Source of the DNA: Trichoplax adhaerens
Lineage: Eukaryota > Animalia > Placozoa
DNA length: 64,000 nt
Assembly (NCBI RefSeq): GCF_000150275.1
Contig: NW_002060945.1
Span: 7,817,684 to 7,881,683, forward strand
Reading direction: 5' to 3'
The notes under the pieces were generated by a model, which did not search any database, had not been told where the DNA came from, and was given only the letters and a program-made list of their open reading frames with translations. Below, piece after piece: positions 41,906 to 56,423 of this stretch; positions within the stretch are counted from its first letter, which is position 1, and each line of letters opens with the position of its first letter. The position numbers and the translations under genes are program-made.

Positions 41906-44407
41906 AGTAGTCGATATTAACAGATAATCGATAAACCCCTATTCGTTTCAATTCTAATTTGTGTCCTTGTTTCATATCACTAACACATATTACGAAGCAA
42001 ATCCACATCGGTTGAATTTTGTAAATTGTAAACATTCACGAGTTAGTGATTTTGCTACATATGTAGATGCTACTGACGTGTTGCAGTTCTGTAAATGCTG
42101 ATTCTGGAAGATAGATCATGATACTGTATCACTAGTAAACAACTGTAATGCACACAATATTGTTGCTGAAAGTAAAAATAAAATATTTTAGTATGTAAAG
42201 TCTTGGTGAGAGTCATTTCTATACTTCTTTATACAGTAGTTTGTAGACGAACGCTAACTTTCATCCTTAGAGTCCTAATTCTATGAGCTAATGTGCGCGT
42301 CATTGTTGGTGCTTTTATTTTACTAATTACAGAAATTGACCTATCTGTGACGATGGAAATACGCCTACACAGTTGAAACGTCGAAGTAGTGTATAACATT
42401 TATACCAATTCGTTCTAAACTGTTTATTTAAATAGAATCGACTATAAAATTCGCAGTGACAAAGTTACCGGCAATTTGTGGGATTCATACATATGATTGC
42501 TGAAAGTAATGATAAATTCAATTTTTTGTAGTACGATAAGTCAAATCGCGTTGGAAGTCATCGTTGCTCCTTTACCTTTGTGGTGTATCGGTACAGTACC
42601 AATAACATATTAGGTACAGTTTCATCATTAGAACTGTACAGTACCGTCTTAAATTTAATAAAAGTGATTCTACTGTATATTACCAGTCATTTGCTTACAG
42701 ACTTTTATTGTACCCCCATAGAACGTAACAGTCTTTATACCTCACAGCAGTCTATATTACTAGGTGTTAATTTTATTGTGCTAAGGCATTAATTTAATAC
42801 AATTGCAGTTTATAAAATGCTTCATCGAAGTTTGTAAAATATTTACGGAAGAAATTTCTCGTTTTACCTATAAATATGACCGAATTAAGCGGTCTAGGAG
42901 TACCAATTTGCCCTACGCTCTACTGTATATCCCAGTATCGAAGAGTACGCCGCTACTTACTAAATCCGTCGATTTTTTTCTCTTTAGACTGTACTGTTTA
43001 TATCTATTCACCAAATACTTTGGATATTTCTCTATTAGTTGATTGTTCTGGACTAAGAGCCCAGCATTGGTATCAATTTTTTAATGCAAATATTTTATCA
43101 ACCTTCCCCTATTATATTATAATGTATAACTAGGGTATAACTATGGTAGCTGATCGACCAATCACTTCACTTTTGCCCCAAGTCCTAGGAAAAAATCTCT
43201 TCTTAACCCCTCCAATATTTATCGCTCTCTATATTGGCCCAAATCTACGACCAAGTAGATGAATAAGAAACGGTGGATGTCTCTGGCTATGAATTCATTC
43301 TTTATGATTATTGTAAATTTCCCCAAACTGTCTATAATGATAGATTTATAGACTGATTCAATAAGCGAGTTTATAACCCATGAAACATTGTACTATCATG
43401 GTGCTGTGATCATTTTGATAAGGCAACCACTACTCTATAACTATGCATTATTCAAGAATTTCCTATATACGCGTATAATTAGCATTTGAAAACTAAAATA
43501 GACACCTTAATGCACGTATATTATTTTTATGCATGCAACTGTTATCAACATAAGCTTGCAAATGCTAAGTAAAATGACCAATGACGAACTATTATATTCA
43601 ATTATAAACCAATGTCTCTAGCGACAATCACAACATCATTGGGAATTGAAAAGCTTGAGAGATAGTATTCAAAACTAGCACGTATTGACTAACATCTACT
43701 AATTCATTTCTATATGGGAGTCCATTTACTAACTAATTTGAAATAATAGATTGCTGAATACCGAGAGTCAATATCAAGACGTCCTAGTTTTCATTGTACA
43801 CTTCTAATAGAAGGGAACAAAATTAGCTCTCTCTCTATTCTAGATATCCCAGTAAAGTAGTTCTTCATGAATGAAAGTGAAAGCGATGAATTTCCTTGGA
43901 ATACTGCCATGATTTTCGTCCATTCCTTTCATTCTATCGCTATCCCTTTCCATCGAGCTCCAGTATCGACTGATCGCTGATTTTTTTATCCATGATGTCA
44001 TACTGATTGAAGTCCATCCTATACCGTACTTAGCTGATACTAACCCAGGTGTTCCTGGCAGTCACTAGTTGGTACCGTTTCAGTACCGTTTCAGCACCGT
44101 TTTGTTTTGGCATGACGTAATGCCTTTGGGTTGTTTTGGTTTGGTCGTACAGTAGAGAGTTTAATACACTACCTTGTGGAATATACGTTCGTATGGGCAA
44201 GGAGGAGATAGCCTTGCTTATAGTAATGTGCCTGAATGACCAGTCAATAAACTAGTGTACGGTATGAACGAATGCTAGACGCCAACAACTGTATCAGCCC
44301 TAGCTGCCGTGGTTCAAACTTATTGTCCAACCTGGTACTCAATATTCCAGCCAGGTTTGCCGAGAAGTAGTTGGAAGTCGGTGAATCAAGACCTACTATT
44401 AAGCAAA

Positions 44408-47400
44408 ATGGTCAAGATTACCTGGATTTTAGTGCTATTTCTTAGCCATTTTCTAATTTACATTAATGGAGAGACGTACTCTTGCCAAAAAATCGAGAAT
44501 TACAACGGCATTTATGAACATTGTACTTGTCAATACATGAAAGACAACAAACCTGTAGGAATCATCAGCTTATACGAGATAGCGAAGACTGGAAAACCAT
44601 CGTAAGTCTTGTAATTTCATCGTTTATGTCGATTTGGGATCATTTTTAAAGCTGTCAAGTGCTTTTCAATGTAATATCTAGTTCCTATACGTTGCCACTG
44701 CTAGTTTCTGTCATCAAATGCTAATGCTATACAGGACAACGCTCTCATCAATATTGGAAAAACAAAAGATAGCAAGGCTATCCATCGACAATCACGCGTC
44801 TAATGCTGAGCGACGGAATTGATCATTCCTTATTCCTTAAGGGATATTATTATCAATTATTATTTATTACTACTTGAAATTTCTAGTAATTGCATTTATC
44901 TTTCTGTCTCATCTCTTCATTGTGTAGGTAGTTCATGCTTAAAAAAAAATGATTCTTCTTACTATCGTTTCTCATATCAACGAAAATGACAGCCACACTT
45001 GATATACAGTACTGTAGAAATACATTACCAAGTTTATAAATCCCTAGTGCTCTCACTATTGATGTTTACTGAAGTAATCGTCCGCAAAAAAATCGTAGGT
45101 CTAAACAATTTGTTTTACTCTACGGCAATGGCAAAGTTCCGATTTAAAGACTGCGCTCAGTAATCCATCGGTAGTAGTTACAAATCGAATTTAGAGCTTA
45201 TCTTGTAGTCTATTGCCATGTTTATAAATCTGTAGTACAGCACTGTACAGTATACCTACGCATGATGCCAAACTGATAATGTTATAGGTGATCAAAGATA
45301 GAGTTCTAAATCACTCTGATTGCAATTACTTCCAGTGAAAGATGACGATCAGTAGTATATTCGGCAATTACTAGCTATCTATTTCACTCTTACTGTATTG
45401 TATTAATTAGAAGAACAAAGCTTTTATAATGTTAATTTATTATGAGCTTTATGCGACATAATATATAATCTAATTGAATCAAAGCTGTCGCAAAATTAAA
45501 TAGCGCTACTATAAGGTGCCGTTTACCTGTGCGGGAAAGTGCCGTAGACTACGATAGACCTCACTTTAATGTCTTCTACGGCACTAGATGGTGCTGCATG
45601 CCTGTACATCATTACTGTCAAAATGGCTAAAACTTAATAACTTTACCTGGTAGTCATGTAATCGACCAGAGGACTGGCCGATCAACCGCTCTAATCAGAA
45701 AGTATCTCAATTAAAAAGTATCTTTTCAAATATTTTAGCCAATCAGGGAAATGCGACACAGCCAAACAGTTACATTTCCCCACCTAAACAACCTTCCTCT
45801 GATCGAATAATCGTAACTGCATATAAGCAGTAATCGACCAAAGGCTTTATGTAGATTAACGATGATAATTGCAGTAGACAAACCATTGCTCGAATATTAC
45901 TAGGAACAACAGTATAGAACATGGATTCATTTACAGAAACTAGTAAATCGATCTGAAGATCGACTAGCAGTAATGTATACGCTCTATTAACGCAAATACT
46001 TTCAATATTTCCAATTTGTTCTAATTTTAAGAATGATTTTTCTATGCCTAATAACTGACAGCTTTCCCGATCGAGGAACTAATGATACCTCGCGAGACAA
46101 GACGAAATATTCCTACAATCCCTGCCTACCATTTACTGAAAAGAATTGCCATAAAGCAGCGGTAAATTCTTTCAGACTATATAATCATTTCTGTACTGTA
46201 TTTACGCGTGCATACAGTCATAACTAGGCAGCTTATACATCAGAGCACCCTACAGTAGATTACGTTCCAAATCATCATTCGCAAGTGTATGTTGTACTGT
46301 ATATGTAGAATTCAATAGGAAACTATGCTCTCCTTACGCTGCCTCGAACTTTAACTAGAATCATTCTAAAAAGTATGTCGTTTAGTACGATAGCTATTCG
46401 AAATAAAACCATGATTAACTTCACCGAGTAGCGGTTAATACGCTTACATATGAACACTCAAAAGTTTTTGAATTCGATGGCAAAATTTTAAATTTATGCT
46501 TTAAGTAAACTAGTTTGCTCGTTAAATGTGCTATTTTAATACGCTACGCTATACTATCTTGACTATATCGTACGCCATCTCCTTAACAGGTTTGCCAAAT
46601 GGCCTCTAGTACACTTTACTACCCAGTCGGGTACCAAAATTCCACCGAATACGGTACAACGCCTGATGGTAATGTTACTTTAACTTACACCGCTGGAGGA
46701 AGGTAAAATAATGTAGCATCATTTTTCACACAGCTTAAAGTAGTGTTCTTATTGAAAAACTAGATGATATAATGACAATTTCGTTAAGTTAAGTCGACTC
46801 ATCCAGTTTCACCAAATAAATTTACTTTGGACCTTGTCACTTCATTATTAATTAATTGTCATATCAATCTATACAGAACTGCTATCGTAACGCTACTTTG
46901 CGATGAAAGCGTCAATATAGCTTCTATCCTAACGGTTGGAGAATTTCAAGATCACAAAGAACATTATGTAAGTATCATTTAGGAATCTCCGGTAATTAAT
47001 GGTATGAAATTTGTGAAAAGAAAATTGTCATTATCCTGCATAAATCAATTCTACTTTATGAATTTCTAAATTATCTCATCTTGAGGTTGTTTTCGTCAAC
47101 AGTATTTTTATCTCACTCACCGATGCGCTTGTCCTGGCGCATGTGTACCTCCTGGCCTTGGGGGATTAAGCACTGGTAGCGTTCTCGTGATCATGTAAGG
47201 CTCAATCCCACTATCTTTTTTGTCTCAACTAGCCTCTACTTCTTTTATGGAGCTATTACCCATTATTACCTGGAATAAGCAATATCGCTCTTTGCAATCT
47301 GTGTTGCAACTCAATTAACAATCTGACTTATAATAATAAATTTCTAATAAATGGGTAATTTTTTTGTACAGATTCTTCGTCGTTGTAATAGTATACTTCC

Positions 47401-47734
47401 TCGGTGGAATGATGTTTCTGAAATTTGTAGGACATAAAGAAGGCCTTGATATCATCCCTAATCGTTCTTTCTGGAGCAGTTTACCCGGTCTTATTAAGGT
47501 ACGTATTATGCAAATTCCCATACGGAATGTAACAGACTAGAATTTATCTTCTTGCATTATTACTATAGCACAATAGAATAATTTAGATTGGTGTAACCGA
47601 ATCTATAGTACATTATATGATATCTGTAAACGGCTAAACTAATTCATATATTACAATGAACTTTACTACAGGACGGAATAGTATATTTCTATAACAGCAT
47701 CCTCTGCTGGAGGTCAGATTACGAGAAATTCTAG
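44408..47734 (+). CDS. CD-M6PR / ATG27-like receptor, copy 2 (7 exons, same layout as copy 1)
   Basis: MVKITWILVLF signal peptide; KYSYNPC, VCQ, GGR|TAIVTLLC, VGEF, HY|YFYLTHRCACP, GLSTGSVLVII|FFVVVIVYFLGG, GLDIIPNRSFWSSLPGLIK|DG and terminal YEKF*. Confidence 0.87.
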
Positions 47735-48337
47735 GGCTGTGTAACGTTTCATGAATTGTCCAGCTCATTTTGTCTAATGAAGGAAAACGTTTTGTAACTA
47801 CAACTAGCTGATGTTGGAGGCTGTTGTCTAATTGGCAGAATGTAAGTACTCTATACGCGTACGCATATAGGTCGTTGTCTAGTGGCAGTCTCATGTTGAT
47901 GCAGTAATTAGAATCTGTAGAGTATTTTTTATGATCACATAGTATGATTATTTGTAATAAACTATTTGTTGTAAGGAGGTATTTCAAGCCATGCAAAACA
48001 ATTAGTTCAAGTTGGCATCATCTATTTTATTTGCTTATTCTATTTGTGATGTGATGTTATGGATCAATGTTCTATGTACAGTTGTACACTTTCAATCATA
48101 ATCATACCAATGCATTCGGTTACAGTTATGATCATCTCACTGCTATTATACACTATAGATTTCAATAAAATTGTAATAAATTTTGTTACTTGGTATAAAT
48201 AAACAATGGGTTAATATTACTAAATAAAACAGTGTAGCTTAGAGACATGTACATACATTACACGCAGCATATAAAGCACATTCTTACGATAATAAAAAAG
48301 GATGCACAAACGACTGCGTTATGATCGGTAATAAGAA

Positions 48338-51300
48338 TTACGGTAAGGAATTGCTTGAAATAGAGGAAACATTACTGGAACTTTGATTAACCAGTTTCTT
48401 TGGTCTTAAATACGGATCGTCGCATAAGCTTAAAACGTCCGGCCTATCTTCTTTACGGTATTGTAAACACCGCCGTACAAAATTCTGTAAAATAACCCAA
48501 ATAATATCAAATAAATTCGCATCTAATTAAGTTTATCTATAAAGAATAAAATTTTAAGCGGTCTACCTTTGCCTCAGAACTAACTGCAGGTTTACTGGGA
48601 AAATCTACAGTTACCGCTTTGAGGATAGTTTTTTGTTCGAGAATTGCCGATTGTGACATGTCATGTCCAAAAGGCTGTTTTAAAAAATTAAATCACAGTT
48701 GCATCATAAAGTAACAAATACGGTCCTAGCAACCGCCCGCATGTCGTTATGTAATAGCAAACTATCGGTATTACCTTTCTACCGTATAAGCATTGATATA
48801 AAAGTACACCTACAGACCAAACATCGACTTTTGATGATATTTTAGGGGGTGCTCTACCAATCATGAAGCACTCTGGTGGTAGGTACCTAAGATAAATCGT
48901 AAGGACAGTGAGTGTATGTGCGGAGTTAATAATCTTACATTGAAAAGATGCTAGTATAAAATCTTTATAACTAATTTGAAAATACCAATAAGTGCCTGCC
49001 CCCTGAGAAGTAAGTTCTAAACCATCAGAATTTGAGTCATCGCTGTCTTCCATAATCTTACTAAGACCGAAGTCTGTAATTTTTACTTCACCACTATAAA
49101 CCCCCGAGCCCAGGAGAATATTGCCTATTTCACAAAATCAAGATTAAAATTTAATTTACCTTCAAGCAAGCAAGCACAGAAATTATTTACAACAGTCAAT
49201 AACGTATAAAACTGTTCCATCTTACCTGGTTTAAGATCATAATGTATTATTGGCGGCTTAATTTCATTTAAATACCGTAGTGCACTAACAACCTTAAAAA
49301 GTGCATGTTTTATAATTAGAGTGACAACAAAATACACTATATTTCAACAAAACAGCAATAAAAACTCACTTGTATGACAATGGACCTTGCCTTCATAATT
49401 CATTTAAGTTAAAATAAGCATTAATTAAGATTATACAAATGACATCATCAGATATCAAGTCTGATAGACATCGATACGTTACCTCTCTTTCGGGAAGGTA
49501 TTTACTCTGCTTTAGATGAATATCCAAATCCGTACCGTTATTATATTCCAAAACTGTACAAAACCTAGTTACATCGTAGATACATTAACAGGTAAGTGTG
49601 AAAAGTTCACAAGAAAAACTTATCAGCAACAAATCATTGAATTAAATATTTGCATATTTGACGTTATTCTGCTGAAACTTACGAATTTTCATCGATTTCG
49701 AAAACATCGTATAACTTTATTATACGCTAAAAATAATAGAAGTAACCGTAATCAGGCAAAAATATTGCAATGTAAAGCATTGCGGACTCAAATTTCAGCA
49801 TTGTACTTACAATATGATCTAGCTTTTTGTGGATATTGTATTCTCGAAGAGCATGCCTGTATTACAAATTTTTAATTAATAAAATTTTACGTTACTACAA
49901 ATTTAAATTCCTTGAGGTTCAAATATCAAACATACTTGATATAGTTAGCCTTCTTATCTTCCTTCCAATCTCGGTTTAATTGATGAATCTTACAAGCAAC
50001 ATGACGTAGCTCTCGTAAATCCATTGCCTATTAATATTATAACATATATTAATGACTACAACGTGATAATTGCAAAAAAGGAAAACAAATTATGAAACCT
50101 TATGAACTTCACTGAATCCTCCCTTTCCAATTAGATGCAAAAGTAGGTATCTTTCACTTAGAATTGGATAGTCTTTAAAGCTGCATATCCAAGATAGTAA
50201 CTTAGTTGCGAAGGTGTAATAAATAGGCTAGCTCATAAAAAATATCTATTATCTACAGGAAAATATACTCCAACATACCGAGATTGGTCTTCATTATGAA
50301 TACGTTTCAATTCCCGTATATGTAGAGTACGTTCACGTTCCAATTTCTCCAACTCAGCTAAAACATCTGCTTCTCTCTATTGAAAGGATAAAGTCAATAA
50401 GAAATGAAAACTGAATCATGGATATGTAGGTAAAAAATATTCGTCCAAAGTCTAGCGGCATTCGTAGACGACTCATTGCGTTAAATATCATCTATGGCCG
50501 TAATCGATTACCTTCCTTATAGCAGCTGCTCTTAATTTCAATATTTCTTCCATTTCATAGAATTCATCAGTAGTCAAACTAATAAAAGATCATTAGGCTA
50601 TAATGCCATCATTACTTAAAAATATTATTCAATTACAGCACGATACCTGTTACTAGCAGGTTTTACAAACTGATCATGTTCGCTACTATTTGATGTTTTC
50701 CCTCCTTTCGTTTTAGCTATATAATCAAATTCGATAAATATTAAAAGAACACATAGTAATTCTGCTGATAATCTATAACATCAAAATACATACCAGTAGA
50801 TACTTGAGGCTTTCTTTTAAGTAATTGTTTCTTATGCTTTTCAAATTCCTCCTTAAGACGATTAATTTCTTCCTTTTCTCTATAAAAATCAAATGTTATT
50901 ATGATTTAGCTTTATTAAATTTATGACTAAAATGGTGAATAAAAAATTGGGCACTTATTATGTAACCTATTTAATTCACTAAACGCCATGCCATCAACCC
51001 AGGTTTCTACAAAATTTGCTCCATGTCTGTTGAGAAATTCATAGGATTTATTATTTGATATTTTTAAAGCAAACCATGTAATTAACGATTCAACCTTGAA
51101 GTTGTAAAATGTCCTAGACGTAAATTATTCTCTTGTAATAATTTGCGTGCAGCAGTTTTTTCACTTTGAGCCTGTACGTAAATACGTATATAGTACATTG
51201 TGTAACCAGCAAATAAGAAAGCGTTGTTAAAATGTAATTCGAAATATTTGTACTATCGCCGGCCACAAATACGCGTATTAGTATTAAAATATTAGGTTTA

Positions 51301-53590
51301 CCTTTTCAACAATTAGCTCCTTAATTAAATTTTTACACTGTTAAAAAAGAACAAAGATACGTTTAACATTTACAAAATAACCATCACTATCGAATCAATT
51401 ATTCGATAAAAGCGCCATAGTAAATATTTTTTAACCATTTCAGAAAATTTGGAATGTTCGGTAATTTTTTGTATCCGATCCTCTGCTTCTCTATTTAAAT
51501 CGTCTATAGTCTAATGAAGATAAAATCCCAGAATCATTTAATATGACATCAAAACGGATTGCTTAATATGATAAGTTCGATTCTCATATCGTACACTCTG
51601 TAATCTTTCTATCTCTCTATTTTTGGTACTATGTGAAATCTCATTTTCAGACTTTTCCACAGCATTCTGAGTCCAAAAGAAAGCATATACGTTAAATTCT
51701 GCAACCATTCACGCACATCGATGAGTAATGGCATAATTAACAGTATGTGTAATAATATAAGCACAATATTGCTCGTGAAATACCGTAGATTCTTCGTTGG
51801 ACGTATCAGTCTAGTAACAAATACATATTTTTAAACCTTAGTAAAAAATACTTTTCTTAAATAAAACATAAAATTAATAATCGCTTACTTGTACTGCCTG
51901 ATGTACATGTACTACGGATAAATCGGAACAATTATCATTATCTTCGATATCAATCGGTTCAGTTTTAGTTTTCCCTTGCTTTTCCAACGCATAATTAAAC
52001 CGTGATAATTTTTCATTATTGTTCTTAACATTCGATTCCTATATATTTTTAAATATTATAACCCTCAATATAGATATCTTGTCCAATATAGCGTCACTAC
52101 AATACAATGACCGATAATGAATTTATAGTAAACTACCGAAGAATTTTCAGGAGAATGACCCGGAATGCTTTGAGAGTTTCCATGATGAGCACTGGCTGAT
52201 GCCTGCAAACCAGACCATTTTACAAAGTAAGCAAGCGCTAATAATAATGCAGTCTACACGTATTATTAAAAGTTAAAAATGATTGTCATCGAATATTACA
52301 AACCAATATTTCTAACCTTGTAAAAATATTCGCTAATTTTCTTGCTACTGTCAACACGTCCTAATTTATTGGAGCCTTAAAGTTATAGTAATATTCGTAG
52401 AATCAGATTTCCTTAATATTCATCAGACTGCATCGATAACCCTTTGCATTAATATCTATACCCCNNNNNNNNNNNNNNNNNNNNNNNNNNNNNNNNNNNN
52501 NNNNNNNNNNNNNNAGAAAGCACAACCTTTCAGATGTTACAGTTCATTGCTTGCTAACTATCCGTAAAAGGTAGAAAATGGTAACGTGTTCTACATTTTA
52601 GCACTATTATAACATTATTAGAGCAAGCGAAATGACCCAGGAAAAGCCGTATATTATAGTAATTAAATGAGCATATACCATCTAATTATCTACTTAACGA
52701 CATCCGATCCTTTCAAGTAATACAGCAGTCATAGCCTAGTTGATCATTCACATCATACTTGAGCATATAATTTGTTATACTATGATACGGTGCTACCCTG
52801 CTACTGTGATGACATCACCTTCAAATCTAATAAAGTATTGATTATTTCATCGCCAAGCTCATTCTTTATCCCACCAAGTTTTACATATATCTACTTTATA
52901 CTACAATAAACATTGCTATTACCTTCCAATTGATCCGTAGTTCTTCGTTTACGTTTTTTATCGTTATTCGGTGTCTTATTGTAAGAAAGAGATAAAAAAG
53001 TATGACTTGAACTATGATACTAATAAGGTAGTAGTCATTCAAATATTACAACCATGGATTAATATAACAATTTTACGTCGCCTAAGATGCAGGCAATAAG
53101 TTTAAGGCGACAGATTGACGCTTGATATTAACTTGCTATTACTAACAGTAAATGACTCCTCGTTCAACTCCATAGATAATAAAATTGACTTACTTCATTG
53201 TTATCACCAGTAGAACATAAGCTGTCACTGCCTGAATCTTGGTTTGCAGTCTGCATTATCTAAAAATTAAATTAAAAAACCCAATTCATTACGAATATTG
53301 CATGACAATTCATTCATTCAAGAAAATCATGAAGCCTCTATTCACACAGATACGCGTATGCAGCTGAAAGCGAATTCGAATACAGGTATAATCAGCAACT
53401 GATCATAGCAAACAATCAAAACACTGCTTATAAAGGCTGAAAGAGCTTCAATTCTCATAGTTAAAGTGTGCGTATGACACAGGAATGCAGTACAACGTTG
53501 ATAAAGTCTTACCTTGTTAAGTCCAGTTAAACGAGCTTCTAGCAGCTCTCTCTTCAGTGGATCTAAGTTGCTTAATTCCCTACCGTCCAT
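48338..53590 (-). CDS. TLK: Tousled-like serine/threonine kinase (spans the N gap)
   Basis: N-terminal [17 protein letters not shown]; [15 protein letters not shown]; [12 protein letters not shown]; [22 protein letters not shown]; [11 protein letters not shown]; KITDFGLSK; [11 protein letters not shown]|YLPPECF; [15 protein letters not shown]; ends ..SNSLP*. Confidence 0.95.
52465..52514. other. Assembly gap (50 N) inside a TLK intron region
   Basis: Run of n characters. Confidence 0.99.
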
Positions 53591-54703
53591 TAATACCTAT
53601 TATCCCATAAAACTATAATTCGGTATAATTAGTTAGTAATCATGAAATAACGCAGGCGACTCGTTTTGAACTACATCGACTACCTGATTTCAGTTGCAAT
53701 ACTCAGTTATCCTGTTTACAAATTCTGAAGACGCTACAAAATCATTTGTTACAATTATACTAGAAGTGTTACCATGACAGCAACATAGACTAGCTTTAGA
53801 ATCAAGAATTATCACTTTAAACTTGTATTAGATTACTTAATCTTCAAAATCAGCTTTGCATTTTACTTTAAAGCTTTCGAGGTGTCTATATCAAGCAGGA
53901 ATTAGCTAGCACCTGCATACAACACTCACGCAAATATATGAATTACTAAAATGGCACGAACGCCCATCCATAACAGTATTAGTTACAAGTACTGTACTGT
54001 ACAAGTCATCGTCGTCAAATTGATTGATGGCGACATCAAGCTAACGAGAATAGCGATCCCAGAATTGATGCAAAGATCTCTAAATAAGGTTCTAAAAGGA
54101 GGTATGACGATATTATTAGTAGCTGTTAACGACACCAATTCAAATGTTTAAATCCCTAGCGCAGTGGCGTTCAACCTACACCTTATTACTAATTATATAG
54201 TACTGTTTAATACTAATTAGTCCATCGGATTCCATGATCCTGATTACGTCAGCTACCAAGTCAGCAAATGACAGCCCAGTTGATGACTACGGAAAAAGCG
54301 AGTAATCTCATTCTGTAACAGCTTTTATCATGAATTAATTCACACTAGCGTTTTCTGAACTACAGCTTTCTATAGTGTCGCCATGATAGACAGTCCTACA
54401 CGCGAACAGGTTGTGTTTCTGCTCAAGTGCTTATGGACTACGAGATCGATAGCATCTCCTGCAAGTAGTGGATGTCCTCCTGTCACTGGATGGTCATCAT
54501 CAAGGCGAAAGCAACTCAAAATTTCTATGCCATCAACTATCCATTTTCTTCAGAAAAACTTTTCAATAACAAGTCGCTGATTTATAAGTACTTGAAGTAG
54601 TCATTGTTAATGAATTCACTAGCGAGAATCTTTCTCTTGTCATTACACTGGTGCACTGTGTTTGAGCAGGGTATGATGATGTATCTGATACCTCCCTACC
54701 TCA

Positions 54704-55098
54704 ATGGGTAACACCTATTTCCTTGACAGAGTAAGTTATACAAATGTACATTCTATGCCTCCCTGACAGTTAACTGAGCTTGCTGAGAAAAACAAAAAAG
54801 CAGCTATGGCCAGTACAGTATGCATTTTTCAAGAATTAATCCTTCATGACAAATCGTTTGCACAATCATATTGGACTAGTCAATGTAGAAAGAGATGGGT
54901 AACACCTATTTCAAAGGAAGCATTGACAGAGTAAGTTATACAAATGTATATTCTATGCCTCCCACTGACAGTTAACTGAGCTTGCTGGGAAAAACAAAAA
55001 AAAGCAGCTATGGCCAGTACAGTATGCATTTTTTAAGAATGAATCCTTCATGGCAAATCTTTTGCACAATCATATTAGACTAGTCAATGTAGAAAGAG
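54704..55098. repeat. ~190-200 bp near-identical tandem duplication
   Basis: atgggtaacacctattt...ttgacagagtaagttatacaaatg...gactagtcaatgtagaaa at 54704 and 54895, with a few substitutions and indels. Confidence 0.93.
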
Positions 55099-56423
55099 GT
55101 GTAGCTATGGCCACTGGCATCCTTCAATCCGCGACATTTACTTCCCATTTGAGCAGACTTTACAAAGGAAGCCGCAGACTGCATACCTCTATTACTGCAA
55201 TAACAGTTACAATACTGTGATAGCTGCTCAAGTAAATCATTGATCTGCTAATATCCTATTCACAAACTGCTTATGATCTACCAAGCCCTTGCATTCCTCA
55301 ATCAGTAAAATTCATTTCAAAGGAATATTGACAAAGAAAGTGCCTGTATACCGAAGTTCAACTACATTGCAAAAGTATACAGTAGATAAGGGTTTATACG
55401 CTTACTAACTATAACTAGTCCATTGCCTAATGGCTACAGCGATTTCTTTAGAGGAAAACTTTCGAAGAAAAACAAGTGATGAGACCCATCGTCATAAACT
55501 CTAGGTGTAGTTAGAACATGGAAGAATGCACTAGAAGCACAGCGCATTGCGTAGATTGTTCTTCTCCATACATGGCATTTATTCATTTTTAAAAGCAAAA
55601 GTCTACAGTAGTTGCAAACGCACGTGAGCGTCAGGTCAAACGCAATTCAAAACTTGGCATCCACTGAGTTACTGAAGGTACAAAGCAATCAACGTATCTG
55701 GACATTATGCCAAATCATTGACGACCTCATTGCTCATAGAATGGGAAATCACTGGCGACAGTCGTCTAGTGCAACATGCTCCTAGCTAACGGAAATGCTA
55801 GTTGCATCAACAAAACAAATTTACATCCTGGTATCATTGTTATTGCGTTTTAGTCCTCTGACTGACTAATTTAACTGACACACTGACAAGATATTGTATC
55901 ATTGCATGACTAAGTATTTCAGAGAGCAATAATAACTGGTGGAATCTTGATGGATCGATTGGCTTTCGATATATTATCATTGTACACGTCTTGTAGGACA
56001 TTATTGTAATACTTGCATATGCAGTGTATCATCATGTCTATCGACTGCATTGATTTCAGCCTGTATCCTGTTCTTCCTATACCGTATATGCGAAATCATC
56101 TTACATTTCATAGGCAATGACCATTAATCCTGATTTGAAGAAAGCAAATAAAATTGGCCAAGATCGACTTGATGACTTGAAAGCAACTTTGCCAGTATCA
56201 GAACAGCAGAGACCTATTGGGTCAAATGAGAGCAACGAGACCACTAGAAGTTGCCAATGAAACCAATTGCAGCGAGGACTAGACCTTGATCAGGTGCAAA
56301 TTGGCAGTAAAGCACGTTCCAAGCTGATCTCACAAGCGAGCTATCTCGCCTTTTCCACTGGCTATGACCAGGTAGTAGCACTCGGTTGAGTTCAGGCCTA
56401 GCGCTGATACCTTGCCCTGCAAT

